From: Eledone cirrhosa
Lineage: Eukaryota
Direction of reading: 5' to 3'
Assembly (NCBI GenBank): GCA_964016885.1
Contig: OZ024764.1
Location: 5,766,001 to 5,830,000, forward strand
Length of the DNA: 64,000 nucleotides
In this document: piece after piece, positions 1 through 13,581 of the stretch
How positions within the stretch are numbered: the first letter of the stretch is position 1
Layout: each line of letters opens with the position of its first letter
Notes under the pieces: model-generated
Told to the model about the DNA's origin: nothing
The model's input: only the letters and a program-made list of their open reading frames with translations
Databases searched by the model: none
Translations under genes and position numbers: made by a program

Positions 1-3000
1 GCCTGTCTACAAGGTGTCCCCAGTACACTACGACAGTGAGACATGTAGCCTGTCTACAAGGTGTCCCCAGTACACTACGACAGTGAGACATGGAGCCTGT
101 CTACAAGGTGTCCCCAGTACACTACGACAGCGAGACATGGAGCCTGTCTACAAGGTGTCCCCAGTACACTACGACAGTGAGACATGGAGCCTGTCTACCA
201 TGTGTCCCCAGTACACTACGACAGCGAGACATGGAGCCTGTCTACAAGGTGTCCCCAGTACACTACGACAGTGAGACATGGAGCCTGACTACCATGTGTC
301 CCCAGTACACTACGACAGCGAGACATGGAGCCTGTCTACAAGGTGTCCCCAGTACACTACGACAGTGAGACATGGAGCCTGTCTACAAGGTGTCCCCAGT
401 ACACTACGACAGTGAGACATGGAGCCTGTCTACAAGGTGTCCCCAGTACACTACGACAGTGAGACATGGAGCCTGACTACCATGTGTCCCCAGTACACTA
501 CGACAGCGAGACATGGAGCCTGTCTACAAGGTGTCCCCAGTACACTACGACAGTGAGACATGGAGCCTGTCTACAAGGTGTCCCCAGTACACTACGACAG
601 TGAGACATGGAGCCTGTCTACAAGGTGTCCCCAGTACACTACGACAGTGAGACATGGAGCCTGTCTACAAGGTGTCCCCAGTACACTACGACAGCGAGAC
701 ATGGAGCCTGTCTACAAGGTGTCCCCAGTACACTACGACAGTGAGACATGGAGCCTGTCTACCATGTGTCCCCAGTACACTACGACAGCGAGACATGGAG
801 CCTGTCTACAAGGTGTCCCCAGTACACTACGACAGTGAGACATGGAGCCTGTCTACAAGGTGTCCCCAGTACACTACGACAGTGAGACATGTAGCCTGTC
901 TACAAGGTGTCCCAGTACACTACGACAGCGAGACATGGAGCCTGTCTACAAGGTGTCCCCAGTACACGACAGTGAGACATGGAGCCTGTCTACCATGTGT
1001 CCCCAGTACAATACGACAGTGAGACATGGAGCCTGTCTACAAGGTGTCCCCAGTACACTACGACAGTGAGACATGGAGCCTGTCTACAAGGTGTCCCCAG
1101 TACACTACGACAGTGAGACATGGAGCCTGTCTACAAGGTGTCCCCAGTACACTACGACAGTGAGACATGGAGCCTGTCTACAAGGTGTCCCCAGTACACT
1201 ACGACAGTGAGACATGGAGCCTGTCTACCATGTGTCCCCAGTACACTACGACAGTGAGACATGGAGCCTGTCTACCATGTGTCCCCAGTACACTACGACA
1301 GTGAGACATGGAGCCTGTCTACCATGTGTCTCCAGTACACTACGACAGTGAGACATGGAGCCTGTCTACAAGGTGTCCCCAGTACACTACAACAGTGAGA
1401 CATGTAGCCTGTCTACAAGGTGTCCCCAGTACACTACGACAGTGAGACATGGAGCCTGTCTACAAGGTGTCCCCAGTACACTACGACAGTGAGACATGGA
1501 GCCTGTCTACAAGGTGTCCCCAGTACACTACGACAGTGAGACATGGCGCCTGTCTACAAGGTGTCCTCAGTACACTACGACAGTGAGACATGGAGCCTGA
1601 CTACAAGGTGTCCCCAGTACACTACGACAGTGAGACATGGAGCCTGTCTACCATGTGTCCCCAGTACACTACGACAGTGAGACATGGCGCCTGTCTACAA
1701 GGTGTCCCCAGTACACTACGACAGTGAGACATGTAGCCTGTCTACCATGTGTCCCCAGTACACTACGACAGTGAGACATGGCGCCTGTCTACAAGGTGTC
1801 CCCAGTACACTACGACAGTGAGACATGGAGCCTGTCTACAAGGTGTCCCCAGTACACTACGACAGTGAGACATGGAGCCTGTCTACAAGGTGTCCCCAGT
1901 ACACTACGACAGTGAGACATGGAGCCTGTCTACAAGGTGTCCCCAGTACACTATGACAGTGAGACATGGAGCCTGTCTACCATGTGTCCCCAGTACACTA
2001 CGACAGTGAGACATGTAGCCTGTCTACAAGGTGTCCCCAGTACGCTACGACAGTGAGACATGGAGCCTGTCTACAAGGTGTCCCCAGTACGCTACGACAG
2101 TGAGACATGGAGCCTGTCTACAAGGTGTCCCCAGTACACTACGACAGTGAGACATGTAGCCTGTCTACAAGGTGTCCCCAGTACGTTACGACAGTGAGCC
2201 TGTCTACAAGGTGTCCCCAGTACACTACGACAGTGAGACATGTAGCCTGTCTACAAGGTGTCCCCAGTACGCTACGACAGTGAGACATGGAGCCTGTCTA
2301 CAAGGTGTCCCCAGTACACTACGACAGTGAGACATGGAGCCTGTCTACAAGGTGTCCCCAGTACACTACGACAGTGAGACATGGAGCCTGTCTACAAGGT
2401 GTCCCCAGTACACTACGACAGTGAGACATGTAGCCTGTCTACAAGGTGTCCCCAGTACGCTACGACAGTGAGACATGGAGCCTGTCTACAAGGTGTCCCC
2501 AGTACACTACGACAGTGAGACATGTAGCCTGTCTACAAGGTGTCCCCAGTACACTACGACAGTGAGACATGGAGCCTGTCTACAAGGTGTCCCCAGTACA
2601 CTACGACAGTGAGACATGGAGCCTGTCTACCATGTGTCCCCAGTACACTACGACAGTGAGACATGGAGCCTGACTACAAGGTGTCCCCAGTACACTACAA
2701 CAGTGAGACATGTAGCCTGTCTACCATGTGTCCCCAGTACACTACGACAGTGAGACATGGCGCCTGTCTACAAGGTGTCCTCAGTACACTACGACAGTGA
2801 GACATGGAGCCTGTCTACAAGGTGTCCCCAGTACACTACGACAGTGAGACATGGAGCCTGTCTACAAGGTGTCACCAGTACACTACGACAGTGAGACATG
2901 GAGCCTGTCTACAAGGTGTCCTCAGTACACTACGACAGTGAGACATGGAGCCTGTCTACAAGGTGTCCTCAGTACACTACGACAGTGAGACATGGAGCCT

Positions 3001-6000
3001 GTCTACAAGGTGTCCTCAGTACACTACGACAGTGAGACATGGAGCCTGTCTACAAGGTGTCACCAGTACACTACGACAGTGAGACATGGAGCCTGTCTAC
3101 AAGGTGTCCCCAGTACACTACGACAGCGAGACATGGAGCCTGTCTACAAGGTGTCCCCAGTACACTACAACAGTGAGACATGGAGCCTGTCTACAAGGTG
3201 TCCTCAGTACACTACGACAGTGAGACATGGAGCCTGTCTACAAGGTGTCCCCAGTACACTACAACAGTGAGACATGGAGCCTGTCTACAAGGTGTCCCCA
3301 GTACACTACGACAGTGAGACATGGAGCCTGTCTACCATGTGTCCCCAGTACACTACGACAGTGAGACATGTAGCCTGTCTACAAGGTGTCCCCAGTACAC
3401 TACGACAGTGAGACATGGAGCCTGTCTACAAGGTGTCCCCAGTACACTACGACAGTGAGACATGGAGCCTGTCTACAAGGTGTCCCCAGTACACTACGAC
3501 AGTGAGACATGGAGCCTGTCTACAAGGTGTCCCCAGTACACTACGACAGTGAGACATGGAGCCTGTCTACAAGGTGTCCCCAGTACACTACGACAGTGAG
3601 ACATGTAGCCTGTCTACAAGGTGTCCCCAGTACACTACGACAGTGAGACATGTAGCCTGTCTACAAGGTGTCCCCAGTACACTACGACAGTGAGACATGG
3701 AGCCTGTCTACCATGTGTCCCCAGTACACTACGACAGTGAGACATGGAGCCTGTCTACAAGGTGTCCCCAGTACACTACGACAGTGAGACATGGAGCCTG
3801 ACTACAAGGTGTCCCCAGTACACTACAACAGTGAGACATGTAGCCTGTCTACAAGGTGTCCCCAGTACACTACGACAGTGAGACATGGAGCCTGTCTACC
3901 ATGTGTCCCCAGTACACTACGACAGTGAGACATGGAGCCTGTCTACAAGGTGTCCCCAGTACACTACGACAGTGAGACATGGAGCCTGTCTACCATGTGT
4001 CCCCAGTACACTACGACAGTGAGACATGGAGCCTGTCTACCATGTGTCCCCAGTACACTACGACAGCGAGACATGGAGCCTGTCTACAAGGTGTCCCCAG
4101 TACACGACAGTGAGACATGGAGCCTGTCTACCATGTGTCCCCAGTACAATACGACAGTGAGACATGGAGCCTGTCTACCATGTGTCCCCAGTACACTACG
4201 ACAGTGAGACATGTAGCCTGTCTACAAGGTGTCCCCAGTACACTACAACAGTGAGACATGGAGCCTGTCTACAAGGTGTCCCCAGTACACTACGAGTGAG
4301 ACATGGAGCCTGTCTACAAGGTGTCCCCAGTACACTACGACAGTGAGACATGGAGCCTGTCTACAAGGTGTCCCCAGTACACTACGACAGTGAGACATGG
4401 AGCCTGTCTACAAGGTGTCCCCAGTACACTACAACAGTGAGACATGGAGCCTGTCTACAAGGTGTCCCCAGTACACTACGAGTGAGACATGGAGCCTGTC
4501 TACAAGGTGTCCCCAGTACACTACGACAGTGAGACATGGAGCCTGTCTACAAGGTGTCCCCAGTACACTACGACAGTGAGACATGGAGCCTGTCTACAAG
4601 GTGTCCCCAGTACACTACGACAGTGAGACATGGAGCCTGTCTACAAGGTGTCCCCAGTACACTACGACAGTGAGACATGGAGCCTGTCTACAAGGTGTCC
4701 CCAGTACACTACGACAGCGAGACATGTAGCCTGTCTACAAGGTGTCCCCAGTACACTACGACAGTGAGACATGGAGCCTGACTACAAGGTGGCCCCAGTA
4801 CACTACGACAGTGAGACATGGAGCCTGTCTACAAGGTGTCCCCAGTACACTACGACAGCGAGACATGTAGCCTGTCTACAAGGTGTCCCCAGTACACTAC
4901 GACAGTGAGACATGGAGCCTGACTACAAGGTGTCCCCAGTACACTACGACAGTGAGACATGGAGCCTGTCTACAAGGTGTCCCCAGTACACTACGACAGT
5001 GAGACATGGAGCCTGTCTACAAGGTGTCCCCAGTACACTACGACAGTGAGACATGGAGCCTGTCTACAAGGTGTCCCCAGTACACTACAACAGTGAGACA
5101 TGTAGCCTGTCTACAAGGTGTCCCCAGTACACTACGACAGTGAGACATGGAGCCTGTCTACAAGGTGTCCCCAGTACGCTACGACAGTGAGACATGGAGC
5201 CTGTCTACAAGGTGTCCCCAGTACACTACGACAGCGAGACATGTAGCCTGTCTACAAGGTGTCCCCAGTACACTACGACAGTGAGACATGGAGCCTGTCT
5301 ACAAGGTGTCCCCAGTACACTACGACAGTGAGACATGGAGCCTGTCTACAAGGTGTCCCCAGTACACTACGACAGTGAGACATGGAGCCTGTCTACCATG
5401 TGTCCCCAGTACACTACGACAGCGAGACATGGAGCCTGTCTACAAGGTGTCCCCAGTACACTACGACAGTGAGACATGTAGCCTGTCTACAAGGTGTCCT
5501 CAGTACACTACGACAGTGAGACATGGAGCCTGTCTACAAGGTGTCCCCAGTACACTACGACAGTGAGACATGGAGCCTGTCTACAAGGTGTCCCCAGTAC
5601 ACTACGACAGCGAGACATGGAGCCTGTCTACCATGTGTCCCCAGTACACTACGACAGTGAGACATGGAGCCTGACTACAAGGTGTCCCCAGTACACTACG
5701 ACAGTGAGACATGGAGCCTGTCTACAAGGTGTCCCCAGTACACTACGACAGTGAGACATGGAGCCTGTCTACCATGTGTCCCCAGTACACTACGACAGTG
5801 AGACATGGAGCCTGTCTACAAGGTGTCCCCAGTACACTACGACAGTGAGACATGGAGCCTGTCTACAAGGTGTCCCCAGTACACTACGACAGTGAGACAT
5901 GGAGCCTGTCTACAAGGTGTCCCCAGTACACTACGACAGGGAGACATGGAGCCTGTCTACAAGCTGTCCCCAGTACACTACGACAGTGAGACATGGAGCC

Positions 6001-9000
6001 TGTCTACAAGGTGTCACCAGTACACTACGACAGCGAGACATGGAGCCTGTCTACAAGGTGTCCCCAGTACACTACGACAGTGAGACATGGAGCCTGTCTA
6101 CAAGGTGTCCCCAGTACACTACGACAGTGAGACATGGAGCCTGTCTACCATGTGTTCCCAGTACACTACGACAGTGAGACATGGAGCCTGTCTACAAGGT
6201 GTCACCAGTACACTACGACAGCGAGACATGGAGCCTGTCTACAAGGTGTCCCCAGTACACTACGACAGTGAGACATGGAGCCTGTCTACAAGGTGTCCCC
6301 AGTACACTACGACAGTGAGACATGGAGCCTGTCTACCATGTGTCCCCAGTACACTACGACAGTGAGACATGGAGCCTGTCTACAAGGTGTCACCAGTACA
6401 CTACGACAGCGAGACATGGAGCCTGTCTACAAGGTGTCCCCAGTACACTACAACAGTGAGACATGGAGCCTGTCTACAAGGTGTCCCCAGTACACTATGA
6501 CAGTGAGACATGGAGCCTGTCTACAAGGTGTCCCCAGTACACTACGACAGTGAGACATGGAGCCTGTCTACAAGGTGTCCCCAGTACACTACGACAGTGA
6601 GACATGGAGCCTGTCTACAAGGTGTCCCCAGTACACTACGACAGTGAGACATGTAGCCTGTCTACAAGGTGTCCCCAGTACACTACGACAGTGAGACATA
6701 GCGCCTGTCTACAAGGTGTCCCCAGTACACTACGACAGTGAGACATGGAGCCTGTCTACCATGTGTCCCCAGTACACTACGACAGTGAGACATGGAGCCT
6801 GTCTACAAGGTGTCCCCAGTACACTACGACAGTGAGACATGGAGCCTGACTACAAGGTGTCCCCAGTACACTACAACAGTGAGACATGTAGCCTGTCTAC
6901 AAGGTGTCCCCAGTACACTACGACAGTGAGACATGGAGCCTGTCTACCATGTGTCCCCAGTACACTACGACAGTGAGACATGGAGCCTGTCTACAAGGTG
7001 TCCCCAGTACACTACGACAGTGAGACATGGAGCCTGTCTACCATGTGTCCCCAGTACACTACGACAGTGAGACATGGAGCCTGTCTACCATGTGTCCCCA
7101 GTACACTACGACAGCGAGACATGGAGCCTGTCTACAAGGTGTCCCCAGTACACGACAGTGAGACATGGACCCTGTCTACCATGTGTCCCCAGTACAATAC
7201 GACAGTGAGACATGGAGCCTGTCTACAAGGTGTCCCCAGTACACTACGACAGTGAGACATGGAGCCTGTCTACAAGGTGTCCCCAGTACACTACGACAGT
7301 GAGACATGGAGCCTGTCTACAAGGTGTCCCCAGTACACTACGACAGCGAGACATGTAGCCTGTCTACAAGGTGTCCCCAGTACACTACGACAGTGAGACA
7401 TGGAGCCTGACTACAAGGTGGCCCCAGTACACTACGACAGTGAGACATGGAGCCTGTCTACAAGGTGTCCCCAGTACACTACGACAGCGAGACATGTAGC
7501 CTGTCTACAAGGTGTCCCCAGTACACTACGACAGTGAGACATGGAGCCTGACTACAAGGTGTCCCCAGTACACTACGACAGTGAGACATGGAGCCTGTCT
7601 ACAAGGTGTCCCCAGTACACTACGACAGTGAGACATGGAGCCTGTCTACAAGGTGTCCCCAGTACACTACGACAGTGAGACATGGAGCCTGTCTACCATG
7701 TGTCCCCAGTACACTACGACAGCGAGACATGGAGCCTGTCTACAAGGTGTCCCCAGTACACTACGACAGTGAGACATGTAGCCTGTCTACAAGGTGTCCT
7801 CAGTACACTACGACAGTGAGACATGGAGCCTGTCTACAAGGTGTCCCCAGTACACTACGACAGTGAGACATGGAGCCTGTCTACAAGGTGTCCCCAGTAC
7901 ACTACGACAGTGAGACATGGAGCCTGTCTACAAGGTGTCCCCAGTACACTATGACAGCGAGACATGGAGCCTGTCTACCATGTGTCCCCAGTACACTACG
8001 ACAGTGAGACATGGAGCCTGACTACAAGGTGTCCCCAGTACACTACGACAGTGAGACATGGAGCCTGTCTACAAGGTGTCCCCAGTACACTACGACAGTG
8101 AGACATGGAGCCTGTCTACCATGTGTCCCCAGTACACTACGACAGTGAGACATGGAGCCTGTCTACAAGGTGTCCCCAGTACACTACGACAGTGAGACAT
8201 GTAGCCTGTCTACAAGGTGTCCGCAATACGCTACGACAGTGAGACATGGAGCCTGTCTACAAGGTGTCCCCAGTACACTACGACAGTGAGACATGGAGCC
8301 TGTCTACCATGTGTCCCCAGTACACTACAACAGTGAGACATGGAGCCTGTCTACAAGGTGTCCCCAGTACACTACGACAGTGAGACATGGAGCCTGACTA
8401 CAAGGTGTCCCCAGTACACTACGACAGTGAGACATGTAGCCTGTCTACCATGTGTCCCCAGTACACTACGACAGTGAGACATGGCGCCTGTCTACAAGCT
8501 GTCCCCAGTACACTACGACAGTGAGAACTGGCGCCTGTCTACAAGGTGTCCCCAGTACACTACGACAGTGAGACATGGAGCCTGTCTACAAGGTGTCCCC
8601 AGTACACTACGACAGTGAGACATGGAGCCTGTCTACAAGGTGTCCTCAGTACACTACGACAGTGAGACATGGAGCCTGTCTACAAGGTGTCCCCAGTACA
8701 CTACGACAGTGAGACATGTAGCCTGTCTACCATGTGTCCCCAGTACACTACGACAGTGAGACATGGCGCCTGTCTACAAGCTGTCCCCAGTACACTACGA
8801 CAGTGAGAACTGGCGCCTGTCTACAAGGTGTCCCCAGTACACTACGACAGTGAGACATGGAGCCTGTCTACAAGGTGTCCCCAGTACACTACGACAGTGA
8901 GACATGGAGCCTGTCTACAAGGTGTCCTCAGTACACTACGACAGTGAGACATGGAGCCTGTCTACAAGGTGTCCCCAGTACACTACGATAGTGAGACATG

Positions 9001-9373
9001 GAGCCTGTCTACAAGGTGTCCCCAGTACACTACGACAGTGAGACATGTAGCCTGTCTACAAGGTGTCCCCAGCACACTACGACAGTGAGACATGGAGCCT
9101 GTCTACAAGGTGTCCCCAGTACACTACGACAGTGAGACATGGAGCCTGACTACAAGGTGTCCCCAGTACACTACGACAGTGAGACATGGAGCCTGTCTAC
9201 AAGGTGTCCCCAGTACACTACGACAGTGAGACATGTAGCCTGTCTACAAGGTGTCCCCAGTACACTACGACAGTGAGACATGGAGCCTGACTACAAGGTG
9301 TCCCCAGTACGCTATGACAGTGAGACATGGAGCCTGTCTACAAGGTGTGTCCCCAGTACACTACAACAGTGAG
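1..9373. repeat. 47-bp tandem satellite, about 200 copies, running off the window start
   Basis: Unit GCCTGTCTACAAGGTGTCCCCAGTACACTACGACAGTGAGACATGGA with recurring variants (ACCATG, GACAGCG, ATGTAG). The unit resembles the RTE LINE ORF2 motif VYKACVLSTLLYGSETW. Confidence 0.97.
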
Positions 9374-9585
9374 TTCATCTACCAATATACCGTATATACT
9401 CACGTATAGGTCGCATACCCACTTTACATTTAACAAATAGGCTATTTGCCATTGACTCGCAGATAGGTTGCACTGAAATTTGGGCCATCAAACTACTATT
9501 GTTTATGATAATTGAAACTAAAAATCTGTTAACTTTCCATTACTTCACCGTTGCGATATATACTCCAAACCATGTTTTATTTATA

Positions 9586-10475
9586 AAACTAGCATTAAAG
9601 CCCGGCGTTGCTTGGGGTCAGTAAGTTACCAAAGTTAGGTTGCACCACCCATTTTATGGCAGCACTTTTTTGTCTGCCAGGCACTGGGTGAATGAATTGC
9701 AGACCTGGACTGCCGAAGCAGGAGCTGCGCCAGCAGTGACAATTGTAGTTTCGCCTATGGATATTATCTCTGTACAAAGAAGTGTTGAAATTTATTGTTT
9801 CACAGTACTTGCGCAACACGCGCGTAGATGATGCCAGCCGAACAGAGCTGCGATGAAGTTGTTCTGCATGGTTGTCTAATGTGTGTTTTCTAAATTTAAG
9901 ACAGTAGGGAGGGGTGTGATATGGGGGAGAGTTAGCTGCTGTTTCTAGCAGGTTTAGTGACCTCATAGAGGATATTATTGTGTATAGTAAATAAACTGAT
10001 ACTTCTTTCTTCCGCGTTCGTTGAAAGATGTTTTAAAAAAGATTTATCGCTATATTTTTTGTTGTTGAATAATTGTTGTTTCGTATGAAATGTAATAAGT
10101 ACTCTTCGTTGTCATTGAAGTAAATAAATGTTTGACCATTCCACACTCAAAAACAAACGTTCTCTCTCTCTCTTTCATTTCTTTCTTTGAAGTTTGTAAG
10201 TTTAAGCGTATATAAGAGAAAGTTGCAGCATGTATGTAGTTTTATCGAATTTTAAGGGGAGTAGAGAGTGGAAATCAGATTGTATTAGAGGGGTAAAGCG
10301 TCATGTATTTAGTTTTATCGATTATTGTGGGTGAGTTTGAATGAAATAAATAGTCGTTGACCTAAGTTAGACCATTTACAACATTCTTACAGACTTTGAG
10401 TCGAATTGGTTTGAAATTGTGCAAATGTATAAACATGGAACATGCACACACACACACAACAACAATCTGCCTTTT
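9586..10475. mobile_element. Possible Helitron/Helentron-derived non-autonomous fragment
   Basis: Starts AAACTAGCATTAAAGCCCGGCGTTGC and ends near a (CA)n tract, resembling DINE/HINE-type termini. No intact ORF. Confidence 0.3.
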
Positions 10476-10639
10476 AACGTCATCGAAATCTCGTCAATTC
10501 GAGATTACTGCGAGATAAAGCCTTTAAGCACGAAAATTAACTCTTAATATAGTGAAACAACTTGAAACAACTTGAAATAACACGTGTTTTTTAACGTTGA
10601 AAGTATAACAGATTTTTAGCGTATCAACGTGGCTTCCCA

Positions 10640-10863
10640 AAGTAGTGAATACCGACTTTGAAGGTTTTACATGCAACGACATTCGAAATGAAAAAGAAAC
10701 AGAAGATAATATTAGTGATTTATCTTCAAATGAATCAGACGTATTTATTTCTGTCGATGATAGTTACTTTGAAAGTGAAAGCGAAGATCTGACGGACACC
10801 ATTGAAAATATTACAGCAACGTGGTTGAAAGATACAACACCAATACATGTTCACACCTGTTAA
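10640..10863 (+). pseudogene. Possible piggyBac-like transposase N-terminal remnant
   Basis: Acidic stretch DFEGF...SDLSSNESD...ESESED...W, typical of PGBD4-like N-termini. Short and weak. Confidence 0.25.
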
Positions 10864-11261
10864 TGAACTTATATATTGGGAACATTCTGTTACGTAAATT
10901 TACACCATACATTGTGTAAGAGTACATTGCAAATATTATTTTGACTGGTGAAAAGGTTTTATACATTTTTTTCAATGAAAATATTTGCCTGGAATGTAGA
11001 GAAAGACTAAAACCTTGTACTGATTATATCTGCATTTTTAATTAATTCACCACATGCAATAATCTGTTTCCTGTTAAAGTAAATACGTCACAATACATGT
11101 TCATAGCAACGCTAAGACAATTAAATCACATTTTAAATACCGGGTGTGCATTTCTATGGATTTTAATGACGGATGGTTCGGTCAGATAGAAAAAAAACGT
11201 AAATACTACGAAGTTTTAGTAAAATATTTAAAATCAAGAAATATATGTATAAGAAGGCACA

Positions 11262-11605
11262 TGGAGGCACATGGCTTAGTGGTTAGAGCATTGGCCTTGC
11301 AATCGAAAGGTTGTGAGTTCAATTCTTAGACCGGGTGATGTGTTGTGTCCTTGAGCAAGACACTTTATTTCACATTGCTCCAGTTTACTCAGCTGTAGAA
11401 ATGAGATGATAGGGACTGGGGTCCCTATCATTCCACTGCAAAGTGGTTGTGGAGGTGCCACGGCAAAAAAGCACCCAGCACTCACTGTAAATGAGGTTGG
11501 TGTTAGGAAGGGCATCCAGCTGTAGAAATCAAGCCAGAATCAGTTCCCGTCCCACCCTTGCAAGCAGGGAAAAGCGGATGTAAAATGATGATGATGATGA
11601 TGATA
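11262..11605 (+). mobile_element. tRNA-derived SINE (family 1) with (ATG)n tail
   Basis: A box TGGCTTAGTGG, B box GAGTTCAATTC, central TCCTTGAGCAAGACACT segment, 3' (ATG)n. Near-identical copies at 29218 and 59487. Confidence 0.9.
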
Positions 11606-11679
11606 TATATATATATATATATAATATTATAATGAAATGACAGGAGGCTGGACTTGTGTAAATCCTTGAAAGGTTTATT

Positions 11680-11737
11680 ATACTATGATCATTTCAATGA
11701 CCGGGTTCCGTATGAATCCGGTGATATCATCAGGTAT
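11680..11737 (-). ncRNA. Minimal type I hammerhead ribozyme motif
   Basis: Minus strand: ATAC-CTGATGA-[stem II ACCGG/CCGGT]-GAAA-TGATCA(palindrome)-TA-GTAT. Stem I is ATAC/GTAT. Confidence 0.7.
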
Positions 11738-11767
11738 TCAAAATATAATAAATGAATGTAATAGATA

Positions 11768-11913
11768 AAATCCATGGGGCTGAAAATCAAAGACCAGAGG
11801 ACGACCGACCATCTAGCATTTTCCACTTTAGCCAGTTGAGGGCGACCGGCTAAAGTGGAAGATGCTAGATGGTCGGTTGTCCTCCGGTCTTTGATTTTCA
11901 GCCCTATGGATTT
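11768..11913. repeat. Fold-back inverted repeat, arms about 65 bp
   Basis: TCCATGGGGCTGAAAATCAAAGACC...CACTTTAGCC / GGCTAAAGTG...GGTCTTTGATTTTCAGCCCTATGGA. Confidence 0.9.
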
Positions 11914-12139
11914 TTTTTTTTTTAGACCAGAATTAGCCGTCGAAACGGCTTGAGCTCAGCCGTCGGGGTCCTACTCGTTCCTATATATATATATATAATC
12001 ATCATCCTCGTTTAATGTAAATCTTCCACTTTTGTTCCATTTGATGCGGGAATGGTTGGGAGACTGTGTCTCACTTGTACGGAAGTGTCTCTGGCAGGTT
12101 TTTTACAGCTGGATGCCCTTTCTAACACCATATATATAT

Positions 12140-12268
12140 ATATAGAAATGACTTCTACAGGACTAGAACTGTTTCAATCGAAGGAAATCATCAGGAAACC
12201 TGACTTGCATTACAATACTGATGATTCCCTTCGGAACAGTTCTAGTCCTGTAGAAGCCATTTCTATAT
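12140..12268. repeat. Fold-back inverted repeat containing a decayed hammerhead core
   Basis: ATAGAAATGACTTCTACAGGACTAGAACTG / CAGTTCTAGTCCTGTAGAAGCCATTTCTAT. CTGATGA...GAAAC or GGAAC in each arm, but stem I is not recoverable. Confidence 0.8.
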
Positions 12269-12359
12269 TAAATTTGTTGTTTACACTCTACTAATGTATT
12301 GAGTACCTTACTTAATGTGATTACCCCCGATTGAGAAAGAGAGAAAAAGAAGACGTTAC

Positions 12360-12446
12360 CTTCACCATATTGGTTACTCCCAGGGATATAAGCTTCTGTT
12401 AAGACTGAAGCATCACCAGCACCATCACTTGAACTGGCATCCATTG
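12360..12446 (-). CDS. Candidate coding exon of an unidentified second gene (MDASSSDGAGDASVLTEAYIPGSNQYGE-G)
   Basis: Strong polypyrimidine acceptor TTTTCTTCTTTTGTCTTTCAAGTTTTCAG, ATG at 12444-12442, donor G|GTAACG. Unique balanced-composition sequence amid repeats. Confidence 0.55.
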
Positions 12447-12611
12447 CTGAAAACTTGAAAGACAAAAGAAGAAAAAATATATATATATATATATACAAAA
12501 GTTTTATTTAAAATTGTTGGGTTACAACAAGTAAATATTTTATAACTGATATAAAGCACTCGACAAGTATTTGGAGTAGATATACGATATTAAACAAATG
12601 GAAACTATATA

Positions 12612-12808
12612 AAAATATGGCATGCCTTCGTCAGATAAAATACAATATATAACCAGTTTTATAAATAATTTTGACGTACCATAAATATAGCGACCATTAA
12701 TTAAGCCAGCCTCCTACATTAATGGTCGCTATATTTATGGTACGTCAAAATTATTTATAAAACTGGTTATATATTGTATTTTATCTGACGAAGGCATGCC
12801 ATATTTTT
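12612..12808. repeat. Perfect inverted repeat (arms about 88 bp) of a Penelope-like terminal repeat
   Basis: AAAATATGGCATGCCTTCGTCAG...GCGACCATTA / TAATGGTCGC...CTGACGAAGGCATGCCATATTTT. Confidence 0.9.
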
Positions 12809-12842
12809 AATATGGTATCCCTGAAATATGTATAATGAAATA
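12777..12842 (+). ncRNA. Minimal type I hammerhead ribozyme motif, intact core
   Basis: TATTTTAT-CTGACGA-AGGCATGCCATA..TATGGTATCCCT-GAAA-TATGTATA-ATGAAATA. Stem I has 8 bp, stem II is long, predicted cleavage after AUA. Confidence 0.85.
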
Positions 12843-13026
12843 AATATGGTTTTATAAATATAGTTTCCATTTGTTTAATATCGTATATATATATATATGC
12901 AAAAGTTCTATTTAAAATTGTTGGGATACAAGTAAATATTTTTATAACTGATATAAAGCACTCGACAAGTATTTGGAGTAGATATACAATATTAATAAAT
13001 GGAAACTATATTTATAAAACCATATT

Positions 13027-13091
13027 TATTTCATTATACATATTTCAGGGATACCAAATTAAATTATGGTATGCCTTCATCAGACAAAATA
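13027..13091 (-). ncRNA. Minimal type I hammerhead ribozyme motif, intact core
   Basis: Minus strand: TATTTTGT-CTGATGA-AGGCATACCA..TGGTATCCCT-GAAA-TATGTATA-ATGAAATA. Confidence 0.85.
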
Positions 13092-13332
13092 CAATATATA
13101 ACAGTTTTACAAATAAGCATTGACGTACCCTTTCAAAATGCGACCATTACTTTTGGAGGACATCAGGATAGTGGTTTGTTTATATTATTTTAGTAAGTCT
13201 TATTGTAATTGTCCTTAACACTAAGACTTACTAAAATAATATAAACAAACCACTATCCTGATGTCCTCCAAAAGTAATGGTCGCATTTTGAAAGGGTATG
13301 TCAATGCTTATTTGTAAAACTGATATATATTG

Positions 13333-13397
13333 TATTTTGTCTGATGAAGGCATACCATAATTTAAATTGGTATCCTTGAAATATGCATAATGAAATA
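13333..13397 (+). ncRNA. Minimal type I hammerhead ribozyme motif, intact core
   Basis: TATTTTGT-CTGATGA-AGGCATACCA..TGGTATCCTT-GAAA-TATGCATA(palindrome)-ATGAAATA. Confidence 0.85.
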
Positions 13398-13436
13398 AAT
13401 ATGGTTTTATAAATATAGTTTCCATTTATTAATATC

Positions 13437-13485
<49 letters not shown>

Positions 13486-13516
13486 CAAATGGAAACTATA
13501 TTTATAAAACCATATT

Positions 13517-13581
13517 TATTTCATTATACATATTTCAAGGACACCAAGTTAAATTATGGTGTGCTTTCATAAGATAAAATA
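13517..13581 (-). ncRNA. Hammerhead motif with mutated core (CTTATGA), likely inactive
   Basis: Minus strand: TATTTTAT-CTTATGA-AAGCACACCA..TGGTGTCCTT-GAAA-TATGTATA-ATGAAATA. Stem II shows a compensatory T-A to C-G pair relative to sibling copies. Confidence 0.7.

Larger units (their letters stand above)
12990..13436. repeat. Inverted repeat (arms about 210 bp) of the same Penelope-like terminal repeat family
   Basis: Arms about 12990-13202 and 13222-13436 are reverse complements, each holding a hammerhead. Confidence 0.92.

Noticed and set aside
1-9373. CRISPR-like array or repeated ORFs MEPVYKVSPVH...
   Set aside because: Head-to-tail repeats without unique spacers, no cas genes, eukaryotic context. 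The 47-bp unit breaks frame.
11262-11335. tRNA gene
   Set aside because: The tRNA-like head continues into a SINE body and tail found in several copies.
12999-13425. Pair of convergent 64-aa ORFs ([11 protein letters not shown]...) as small paralogous genes
   Set aside because: They are the two arms of one inverted repeat and overlap hammerhead motifs. Other copies are disrupted.
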